NCBI GenBank assembly: GCA_965205425.1
Contig: CBDBGZ010000005.1
Coordinates: 128,001 to 192,000 of the forward strand
Source of the DNA: Nitrosopumilus sp.
GTDB lineage: Archaea > Thermoproteota > Nitrososphaeria > Nitrososphaerales > Nitrosopumilaceae
DNA length: 64,000 nucleotides
Direction: 5' to 3'
Shown here: piece after piece, positions 39,434 to 48,259 of the stretch
Layout: every line of letters starts with the position of its first letter
Position numbering within the stretch: position 1 is the first letter of the stretch
Notes under the pieces: generated by a model
The model's input: only the letters and a program-made list of their open reading frames with translations
Told to the model about the DNA's origin: nothing
Database searches by the model: none
Translations under genes and position numbers: made by a program

Positions 39434-40404
39434 GGCCTTGTAGAAACCATCTGATTTTAACCCAATTGTGATACATTTTAGCTAATTTAGATCCATTAGG
39501 ATTGTATTTGCAGATTACAGTATGGTCTCATCATACGTCAAAATGTGCAAAACACTACTCAATATAATCACCAGATGCAGAATTCCCAGGTTCTTACATC
39601 CAAAATCAAATCATATCTATTCTGTTTGGACACATCTCATACTCTTGGCAATACGACAGTACGAATCAAAGAGTTATAGAAGATTTACAGAATTTTTAGA
39701 AGAATGTGTAGGAATTCAGGAATATCTTGGTTTGTCTACCATTCCACATTACACCACACTACAAAAGGCAGCTGCAAGACTGGAAGGAAATCTGTTACAT
39801 AAAATGTTGCAGGAATTCATTTTGTACAAAAAAGTCAGACTGGTTCTAGCTGGAATTGATGGTAGCGGATTCAGTTACAGTACAGCATCATACTATTATA
39901 CAAAAAGAGTACAGTTACGCAGGAATTTCCTAAAAGTTGTTGTTTGTGCTGACATGAATACACAGCTTGTTTGCTGTGTCATGACACACCACAACATGCA
40001 ACATGATAATCCTGATTTTCTGCCATTGTTGTACAAAACCAACAATATTGTTCCAGTTGATATTGTGTTAGGTGACATGGGTTTTGATGATGAGAATAAC
40101 CATGTCGGTGCAGAACAGATCAACACAGCTGCAATAATTCCAACTCGATATGGAACAGTTCCAATTTACAGAACCAGCGGAATTCACAGAAAGGAGATGA
40201 AGAGGAACTTTCCTGTACAATTGTACCATCAGAGAAACAAATCTGAAACAATCTTTTTTGTGATCAAACAGATAATGTCAGGAGATGTCACATCAAGAAA
40301 TGCTACAACTCAGGACAATGGGATGTTGTACAGGTTAATTGCATACAATGCTTACAGGATTAGAAAATTAGATTTTGTTATTTTATCATGGTTTCTACAA
40401 GGCC
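39434..40404 (+). mobile_element. IS5-family element, copy A (971 bp)
   Basis: Perfect 17-bp TIRs ggccttgtagaaaccat; inverted twin at 44743-45713. Confidence 0.93.
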
Positions 40405-40421
40405 AATCAATAAACCTTTAA
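39522..40421 (+). CDS. IS5-family transposase (stop lies outside the TIR)
   Basis: PHYTTL.K, IDGSG, GD.GFD, Y.QR...E..F..IK. Confidence 0.92.
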   Translation: MVSSYVKMCKTLLNIITRCRIPRFLHPKSNHIYSVWTHLILLAIRQYESKSYRRFTEFLEECVGIQEYLGLSTIPHYTTLQKAAARLEGNLLHKMLQEFILYKKVRLVLAGIDGSGFSYSTASYYYTKRVQLRRNFLKVVVCADMNTQLVCCVMTHHNMQHDNPDFLPLLYKTNNIVPVDIVLGDMGFDDENNHVGAEQINTAAIIPTRYGTVPIYRTSGIHRKEMKRNFPVQLYHQRNKSETIFFVIKQIMSGDVTSRNATTQDNGMLYRLIAYNAYRIRKLDFVILSWFLQGQSINL

Positions 40422-40474
40422 TCGCTAGTTTCCATTAATTTCATTTAGTTAAATCTCATTTTTGTGCCTGTATT

Positions 40475-41281
40475 TTATCGTCTTTTCAGATAACTTGACA
40501 GTATTTCATCAGCCATTTCATCTACATCAATCTCTTTTTTACCAGCTAAACTGCGCAATTTCCTTGCATTTCCTTTATTCAACTGTATTGTAACTTTTTG
40601 TTGGAGTAATCCTGCCTTTGCCTTTTTTAGTAATTTTAGATGTGACGATTTTGGAGATCTACTTAAAGCCTTGAGGTATTTCTTTCGTAGTTTCTGATCT
40701 AGAGGAATAATTTTCTCTGCAATGGATACAGCCTTTGGTACATTTGATACAATTTGATATAATCTAGTACAATCATCTCTAGATAACTCCTTTGGAACAA
40801 ATTGTTTCAATTTCTCAGGAACTGCTGCAAATCCCAGATATTTTTTCAAGGTCTGAGATGAAATCCCTAATGACTTTGCAGATTTACTTTTGCCTATAGA
40901 TTCACTCAAGAACACACATGCTGCCGTCATATCTTTTGTGTTCATTTTATTTCTATGTAGATTCTCAACAACTGATGCTGCCTTTGCATCCTCTAAATCA
41001 TATTTGGTACTATTTGTTAACAGTAATACGGGTATCTTTTTTGCACCTAGTCTTTTCAAAGCTGCAAGCCTTCTCTGGCCTGACATTAACAGATAAGAGT
41101 TCTTTCCATCTTTTTGGACCATCGGAGGATTTTGTAATCCGTCATTTTTTATTGACTTTGCAAGTTCTACAATTCCATCTCTGTCTAGTTTTCGAGCCTG
41201 TGCATCACGCCAAACTTTGATGTATTTTACAGGGATTTCTCTTAATCTATATGTAATTGGTGAATTATATTTTTTAGCCAT
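40475..41281 (-). CDS. ParB/Srx-domain protein with HTH and possible C-terminal ribbon-helix-helix
   Basis: LAKSI...GLQNP, SGQRRL.A, ENL.R; tail VTIQL-helix-helix. Confidence 0.85.
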   Translation of the reverse strand: MAKKYNSPITYRLREIPVKYIKVWRDAQARKLDRDGIVELAKSIKNDGLQNPPMVQKDGKNSYLLMSGQRRLAALKRLGAKKIPVLLLTNSTKYDLEDAKAASVVENLHRNKMNTKDMTAACVFLSESIGKSKSAKSLGISSQTLKKYLGFAAVPEKLKQFVPKELSRDDCTRLYQIVSNVPKAVSIAEKIIPLDQKLRKKYLKALSRSPKSSHLKLLKKAKAGLLQQKVTIQLNKGNARKLRSLAGKKEIDVDEMADEILSSYLKRR

Positions 41282-41388
41282 AATGTATCATATTTTTTTA
41301 TTTTTGATAAAATGTAAAGTGATCAATAATTGACAAATGATCAAAAAATAACACATAATTTTCAAGTGTGTATACTGTGGATTGATAA

Positions 41389-41802
41389 TTAATTAGCAGG
41401 TATTTTGTTTTGTTGCTGTAGTTTTAATTTTTCAGATTCATGTTTCAAACATAATTCTGCAAATGCAACATTATCAAAATGAATGTCCTTTAATGAATTC
41501 TTTTTTGATATCTTTGGGTATTCACTATATTTTCTATGGTTGATTATTCTGCCTCCCGATTTTGGTCTAAATCCACCCCACTGTTTGAAAAATACGGCCA
41601 CCTTTTGCTTTTTACACTGTTCAATAATTTCTAGAATCCACTCTTTTTCTACTGATCGGTAATGATATCCACTCTCACCGCCAATTATTGCCCAATCAAT
41701 TCCTTTCAGATTTACTTTTCCTACATATCCAATTAATGGCTCAAAACTTATGAATCGTGTATGACATTTTACTTTGCGCAAATCATTAATTCTTGATCGC
41801 AA
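41389..41802 (-). pseudogene. C-terminal half of a DUF5131 (phage Gp37/Gp68-like) protein
   Basis: RFISFEPLIG, IDWAIIGGESG, FFKQWGG; N-terminal three-Cys half missing. Confidence 0.85.
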
Positions 41803-41911
41803 AATCCTGATCCGATTTATAACTCTGAAAATATGTAGGTGATTGGGTAAATCTTACCCTAGATTATTATGGAATATTTTATGACCAGTAGATGGGAAAG
41901 TAACTCAAGTT

Positions 41912-43231
41912 CAGTAGATGGGAAAGTACATCAAATTACACATTCTAGAAAATAATTATTTTTGTTATTTCTAAAGTAATGAATAATTATCTTTACAAAG
42001 AAATATTTGAGAATTTCAATTGATATTATTGGTTTGTAATTTTTTACATTGGTTTCTTCTGAGATAATCAAATTAGCAATTATCCATGCATTGTACAAAA
42101 TCAACGAATAGTAAAAATACAACAATCTTATGGATTGGTTTGAACTGGTGGTTTTTGGTCTGAACCTTCCCACACATGCATAGCCTGTTTCAATCCCCCA
42201 ACGTTTCTTGTAATCAGTTGGAATGTTTTGTATGTTATATGATATTTCTTTTGGTGAAACGTTTGTTGCAAACACAACATACTGATCAATAATATCTGAT
42301 TTTTTTCTTGCATTTTTGTTTGGCAGAATAACTAGATTAAATGATTCTACATGTCCTGATGATGATTTTATTGTGTATGGCGAGATTGACTTTCTATCTC
42401 CATTAACGTATTGTACAATTGCATCTTTGATTCGAGAATTCTTTTTTGCAGGCATTAGAAATTTTAAATTCTTTTGTTTTATTTCTGAAATTGTTCCAGC
42501 TGTGAAAAACTCCCTATCCACTAGCAATAGTTTAATCTTGATTCCATTATTGATGCCATCAGAGAGTAATTTACGCACAAAACCGGCATTTGATATGTTG
42601 TCATACAAAGGATAACAACCTAATTGAGCCCTGATTCTTTTTTCAACGCACTGCATGGTGCAGTAACTCTCAAAATGAGTAGTACTGTTTTTAGATTTTG
42701 ATTTTATTAAAGAATGATTTGGCAATTTGTCATATCTTGGGATTAGATGTTTGTCAATTGCCACAGTAACTGGTTGCTCCAATACTCCCAATTCTTGTAA
42801 TTTTGATATGGTACTATCCAGTGAACGATGTAATTGAATTTGCATTGTTTTTTGTGATATTTTTGATATGATTTTTCTCAACCATGAAACCAGTTGGAGA
42901 AGCATTATCTGATTCCATTGCCAGTCTCTTTAATCCAGATTCAGAATATGAATTTCCCAAACACAATGACATGACAGAATTGTGTGCATCAGCATTATGG
43001 AACCGTGAGTTATTTTTACTAGAGCATGGAAACAATAAGATATTGTACATTATTTTAGTGATAATCTCAAATGCTTTAGATAGTATCACGCCTTGGTGTG
43101 TCATGGTATCAAATGAAGTACAATGCATATTTGATGGAGTGACATACTTTCATCAAGCTTTTTCTATCTGAATAGATTGATTGAATAATTGATAGTTTTT
43201 GATCTAAATTGAGTTACTTTCCCATCTACTG
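41912..43231 (-). mobile_element. ISH3-like (IS4-related) element, 1320 bp, with an extra TIR at 41886-41908
   Basis: TIRs cagtagatgggaaagta at both ends; no TSD seen. Confidence 0.88.
41931..43128 (-). pseudogene. ISH3-like transposase with +1 frameshift at ~42887-42889
   Basis: VAID.H..P.Y, L.DREF, Y..RWGIETGY; one extra base joins ...SPTG to SWLRK... Confidence 0.85.
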
Positions 43232-43480
43232 AAAATGCGATTCTGGAAAGTATTATCTGATGAGCAGAGAAAATTTGAGAATATACTTTTTCATTATTGC
43301 TTGACTATATGTTGGGGATAAATAATTGATAAGCACCTAATTTATTTTTAGCCAGTATATGCCCAATGACTTTTAGAAATCTTGAAAAAACAAAAAATAA
43401 GGAACTCATTTCACATATTTGTATAAATTCCAAGATTAGGAAAATGACAGATTTTTATAAAATAATCATTTCTAAATTAT

Positions 43481-43600
43481 ATGGAAAAGAAAAAGGAAGA
43501 AAAAGAGGCATATGCCACAAATGACCCTACAGATACATCTGCAAAAGAGCAAGAGAATATGGCAAGAGAAGCAATTAAAAAATTCAAATCTTTAGGTTAA
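43481..43600 (+). CDS. 39-aa charged microprotein
   Basis: MEKKKEEKEAYATNDPTDTSAKEQENMAREAIKKFKSLG; tttttataa ~29 nt upstream. Confidence 0.55.
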   Translation: MEKKKEEKEAYATNDPTDTSAKEQENMAREAIKKFKSLG

Positions 43601-43637
43601 GCCAAACTTTCATTAGCAATATCATTGTTAAGAAATT

Positions 43638-44459
43638 ATGGGATTATTTGGTTCCAAAGAAAATGTGGAGGATTTACTATACAATGCAATGTCATTAATG
43701 GAAAAAAATCAGCCAAAAGGGGCCATATCACTATTTAACAAAGTTCTAAAACAAGAACCAAAAAATACATCTGCATTATACAATAAAGGCCTAGCACTAA
43801 ACCAGATAAAAAAATACAGTGATGCAATCACTTGTTTTGATATTTTATTGGAAATAAATCCAAAAGATTCCCAAGCTTGGAATAACAGTGGAATTGCAAT
43901 GGCAGAAAATGGAAACATTCAAGCTGCAGCAATAGGATATGACAAAGCAATTGAATCTGACCCAAAAAATGCTTCAGCACATTTCAACAAAGGAGTATTA
44001 CTAGACAAGTTACAAGAATATGAAGAGGCGTTAATTTCATTAGAAAAAGCAATATCCATTGATCATAGGAAACCAAATGCCATGATTTACAAAGGAATTG
44101 TTCTAGGCAAAATGAAAAAGCATGAAGAGGCGTTGAATTGTTTTCAAAATGTTTGTAAAAAATACCCAGATAATCAAGATGCATTTTTTCAAAAAGGGGT
44201 CCAGTTGGCAGAATTAGGGCAACACAAAAAAGCACTTGATGTATTTGATGAGATTCTCAGAAAATTCAAAGACAATGTAAATGTCATTTATGCTAAATCA
44301 CGAAGCAAGGCCGCATTAGAGATGTATCCAGAAGCATTGGAATTGTTAAAACAGGCAGTTGCCAAAAACCCCAAAGTAATTCAGTCATGGGCAAAAGAAG
44401 AGCCCATATTTACCAAATTACACTCCAATGATCAATTCAAAAAACTTGTGAAACTATAA
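43638..44459 (+). CDS. Tetratricopeptide repeat protein
   Basis: Repeated A.YNKG...A...FD......P units. Confidence 0.92.
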   Translation: MGLFGSKENVEDLLYNAMSLMEKNQPKGAISLFNKVLKQEPKNTSALYNKGLALNQIKKYSDAITCFDILLEINPKDSQAWNNSGIAMAENGNIQAAAIGYDKAIESDPKNASAHFNKGVLLDKLQEYEEALISLEKAISIDHRKPNAMIYKGIVLGKMKKHEEALNCFQNVCKKYPDNQDAFFQKGVQLAELGQHKKALDVFDEILRKFKDNVNVIYAKSRSKAALEMYPEALELLKQAVAKNPKVIQSWAKEEPIFTKLHSNDQFKKLVKL

Positions 44460-44626
44460 CATCCTAGTCAGAAAACATTGGGCAAATTTCATACGTTAAT
44501 GTTATCAAAAATCTAGTTTGCATCATTGCAATCTAAAAGAAATCGTCATGAATGTAAATAAGGCAATTGCTAAACCATATGCAATTCTCTTTTGTCGATA
44601 TATTAGATAACCAATAGCAAACCCAC

Positions 44627-45625
44627 TTACACCATTATTAGATAAAATGAAGAATTAATGCACACAGCCTCCCCATTAATTTTTGTACCAAAAAACCATG
44701 TTTCGGCATTTATCATTACTATTAAAATTGTTAGACCACAGTGGCCTTGTAGAAACCATGATAAAATAACAAAATCTAATTTTCTAATCCTGTAAGCATT
44801 GTATGCAATTAACCTGTACAACATCTCATTGTCCTGAGTTGTAACATTTCTTGATGTGACATCTCCTGACATTATCTGTTTGATCACAAAAAAGATTGTT
44901 TCAGATTTGTTTCTCTGATGGTACAATTGTACAGGAAAGTTCCTCTTCATCTCCTTTCTGTGAATTCCGCTGGTTCTGTAAATTGGAACTGTTCCATATC
45001 GAGTTGGAATTATTGCAGCTGTGTTGATCTGTTCTGCACCAACATGATTATTCTCATCATCAAAACCCATGTCACCTAACACAATATCAACTGGAACAAT
45101 ATTGTTGGTTTTGTACAACAATGGCAGAAAATCAGGATTATCATGTTGCATGTTGTGGTGTGTCATGACACAGCAAACAAGCTGTGTATTCATGTCAGCA
45201 CAAACAACAACTTTTAGGAAATTCCTGCGTAACTGTACTCTTTTTGTATAATAGTATGATGCTGTACTGTAACTGAATCCGCTACCATCAATTCCAGCTA
45301 GAACCAGTCTGACTTTTTTGTACAAAATGAATTCCTGCAACATTTTATGTAACAGATTTCCTTCCAGTCTTGCAGCTGCCTTTTGTAGTGTGGTGTAATG
45401 TGGAATGGTAGACAAACCAAGATATTCCTGAATTCCTACACATTCTTCTAAAAATTCTGTAAATCTTCTATAACTCTTTGATTCGTACTGTCGTATTGCC
45501 AAGAGTATGAGATGTGTCCAAACAGAATAGATATGATTTGATTTTGGATGTAAGAACCTGGGAATTCTGCATCTGGTGATTATATTGAGTAGTGTTTTGC
45601 ACATTTTGACGTATGATGAGACCAT
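44627..45625 (-). CDS. IS5-family transposase reading through into flank
   Basis: Matches copy A to ...WFLQG, then extends in target DNA. Confidence 0.9.
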   Translation of the reverse strand: MVSSYVKMCKTLLNIITRCRIPRFLHPKSNHIYSVWTHLILLAIRQYESKSYRRFTEFLEECVGIQEYLGLSTIPHYTTLQKAAARLEGNLLHKMLQEFILYKKVRLVLAGIDGSGFSYSTASYYYTKRVQLRRNFLKVVVCADMNTQLVCCVMTHHNMQHDNPDFLPLLYKTNNIVPVDIVLGDMGFDDENNHVGAEQINTAAIIPTRYGTVPIYRTSGIHRKEMKRNFPVQLYHQRNKSETIFFVIKQIMSGDVTSRNVTTQDNEMLYRLIAYNAYRIRKLDFVILSWFLQGHCGLTILIVMINAETWFFGTKINGEAVCINSSFYLIMV

Positions 45626-45713
45626 ACTGTAATCTGCAAATACAATCCTAATGGATCTAAATTAGCTAAAATGTATCACAATTGGGTTAAAATCAGATGG
45701 TTTCTACAAGGCC
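44743..45713 (-). mobile_element. IS5-family element, copy B (971 bp)
   Basis: Same 17-bp TIRs; transposase differs from copy A by two residues within the element. Confidence 0.93.
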
Positions 45714-45778
45714 ATTTGATTTACTCTCCTTGACCTCTCCAAATATATTGATTCACTCCTCAACATTGTCGATAAGAT

Positions 45779-46042
45779 ATGACTGATGATGTTTGTGATT
45801 TTTGTAAAGGTGTAGGCTCTTCATCCACAAATGTTTGTGTTTATTGTAATGGAACTGGTGAATGGAATCAAGCAGCACAAGCATATGTGAAAAACCATAT
45901 TTGTCAATGTATTGTGCTTGATAGAAAATTTTGTCCTGTATGTAACAAAGCATGCCATCATGATACCTCTCTGAATCCAAAACAAACCATTGATCCTGGA
46001 TATGGAGGCATGTCTTCTCCTGAAATTATAGTTGGCGCATAA
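45779..46042 (+). CDS. Cys-rich protein with DnaJ-type CxxCxGxG repeats
   Basis: CDFCKGVG, CVYCNGTG, plus CQC...CPVC...CHH. Confidence 0.8.
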   Translation: MTDDVCDFCKGVGSSSTNVCVYCNGTGEWNQAAQAYVKNHICQCIVLDRKFCPVCNKACHHDTSLNPKQTIDPGYGGMSSPEIIVGA

Positions 46043-46078
46043 AATCTAAAACTATCTTGTTATTATTCCAAGAAAATA

Positions 46079-47120
46079 TGTTCTTTCCAGAAATTATTTC
46101 GTGTCACTTTCATGAGTAATTCCTCCATAGAATGCTTGGGTCTATGAGTATTTCGTTTGTTATCATCTTGGAGTGATACGCATCAGATGGTGTCTCCATG
46201 TTATCCAAGTCTAGTGCGCCATGAACTCTAATGTGATTGTACCAATGCATAAACTGCTCCACTGACTCAAAGTATTCTATTTTACACTCAAAGATATCCC
46301 AGAACTTTTCTAGCTTACCATTTGTTTGTGGATGTCTCACTCTTGTACGAGAGTGCTTTACGTGATGTCTCATTAGTTGCTGCTCAAAGTCTACTGGCTT
46401 GTTATGATCAAGAGTATTGACATTTGATGTGAACTGTTTTCCATTATCAGATAGTACAGATGCTGGTCTACCGTGATTCTTTATTGCATCAGATAGTACT
46501 TCAGAAGAATTCACAGATGTTGCCTCATCATACACTCCGAAACCCGTGATAAATCGTGAGGCATCATCTTCAAATGCAATTAGTTGTTTTCCTGCCCAGC
46601 GTGAATCATGTATTGTGTGCCAGTCAGTATGCCACAGTGAATTTGAATATTCACGTTCATACCTGATCCACTTTCTTCTCATCTTTTTCCGTGGTTGCTC
46701 AACTGATAATCCTTCATCTAGCATAATCTTGTGGATGCGATTGTGGTTTATCTTGGTATTGTACAATTTTGATATGATTTTCTCAAGGTATAGTGCGTTT
46801 GTATGAAATTTTTCTTGAACTTGTTTGACTAGCTCTATCTCGTGTACAGTGACTGGCTTTTTTGGACGCCCTGGTCTTTTGAGTGTGGGAATCTTTTTGG
46901 TTTTTTTGTACTGAGAGTAGACTTGTTGTACTCTTCTAGGCGTTATCTTGAGGATTACTGAAATATCTAAATTCTTGACTTTTTCATTTTTAGATTGTAT
47001 AATCCACCTGATCTTATTCTCATCTAACTTTACCATAGGTATGCCACGATACCCACGCATACGATAGTATGGGAATGATGCTCTCCTAGTTAAGGGGTGA
47101 AATAATTTCCGGAAAAGATA
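46079..47120 (-). mobile_element. IS481-family element, copy B with 16-bp TSD
   Basis: ttattccaagaaaata at 46063-46078 and 47121-47136. Confidence 0.93.
46110..47060 (-). CDS. IS481-family transposase
   Basis: One residue different from copy A (SSAV vs SSEV). Confidence 0.92.
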   Translation of the reverse strand: MRGYRGIPMVKLDENKIRWIIQSKNEKVKNLDISVILKITPRRVQQVYSQYKKTKKIPTLKRPGRPKKPVTVHEIELVKQVQEKFHTNALYLEKIISKLYNTKINHNRIHKIMLDEGLSVEQPRKKMRRKWIRYEREYSNSLWHTDWHTIHDSRWAGKQLIAFEDDASRFITGFGVYDEATSVNSSEVLSDAIKNHGRPASVLSDNGKQFTSNVNTLDHNKPVDFEQQLMRHHVKHSRTRVRHPQTNGKLEKFWDIFECKIEYFESVEQFMHWYNHIRVHGALDLDNMETPSDAYHSKMITNEILIDPSILWRNYS

Positions 47121-47241
47121 TTATTCCAAGAAAATACTCACCCTTCTTATAGATGAGAATTGCTTCTAAATCATGTTTAATTATATTGCTATATCTATTG
47201 TTTCAATTATGAATTTCCAAAAAATTGAGGTAAGTTTCTAA

Positions 47242-48141
47242 ATGGACACTCCAGCTTGTGCACGTTGTGGGAAAAATTCTATTCTGTCTGACGAAGTTAC
47301 AGGTGAACAATTTTGTGGAAAATGTGGATATGTGATTGATGGTAAATCTCAAGAATCTGGCCCTGAATGGAGATCATTTCAAAAAGATGGTGGTGCAGAT
47401 CCTGCAAGAACTGGTGCTCCATCATCCTTGATGATACATGACATGGGATTATCCACTGTGATTAATCCTCTTAACAAAGATGCATCTGGAAAACCTCTAT
47501 CCACATCTATGAAAAGTACCATTGAGAGATTACGAACATGGGATAGTAGAAGTCAAGTTCATGCACCTGTTGATAGAAATCTGAGACAAGCACTTAGCGA
47601 TTTAAATAAATTAAAAGATAAAGTTGCAATTCCAGCTAACGTTTTGGAGAAAGCAGCTTACATTTACAGAAAAGCATTGGAGAAAAAATTGGTTCGTGGA
47701 AGATCTATCTCTGCAATGATAGCTGCATCGTTATACGCTGCATGTAGAGATACTGAAACTCCGAGAACTCTAAAAGATGTTGCAGATGCTGCTAATGTTA
47801 AACGAAAAGATATTGCAAGATGTTATAGATTGCTACATCACGAATTGGAATTAAAAATGCCTGTGGTAGATTCAATTCAATGTATTGCAAGAATATCTAG
47901 TAAGCTTGAGATATCTGAAAAGACTAAACGGTATGCAGTTAAAGTTCTAAAAGAGGCACAAGACCGCAAAGAATCTGCTGGAAAAGATCCTATGGGACTT
48001 GCAGCAACTGCACTTTACTTATCATGTGTTAAGAATGGTGTTTCTATTACTCAAAGAGATCTTGCAGAGGCTGCAGGTGTTACAGAAGTAACCATAAGAA
48101 ATCGCTACAAGGGATTGAAAGTAGAACAATCAATAAAATAA
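47242..48141 (+). CDS. tfb: Transcription initiation factor IIB (paralog)
   Basis: CxxC...CxxCG ribbon, GPEWR.F, two cyclin repeats, VTEVTIRNRY. Confidence 0.97.
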   Translation: MDTPACARCGKNSILSDEVTGEQFCGKCGYVIDGKSQESGPEWRSFQKDGGADPARTGAPSSLMIHDMGLSTVINPLNKDASGKPLSTSMKSTIERLRTWDSRSQVHAPVDRNLRQALSDLNKLKDKVAIPANVLEKAAYIYRKALEKKLVRGRSISAMIAASLYAACRDTETPRTLKDVADAANVKRKDIARCYRLLHHELELKMPVVDSIQCIARISSKLEISEKTKRYAVKVLKEAQDRKESAGKDPMGLAATALYLSCVKNGVSITQRDLAEAAGVTEVTIRNRYKGLKVEQSIK

Positions 48142-48259
48142 TTATTTATTCTGTCTTGCAATGTACACATGTGTCTACTGCGTGATTATGTCTTAAAATC
48201 ATCTATTAATTATTGTGCAATAGAAAATCTACTTAAAGTGTAACCAAAGTATCTCAAAT

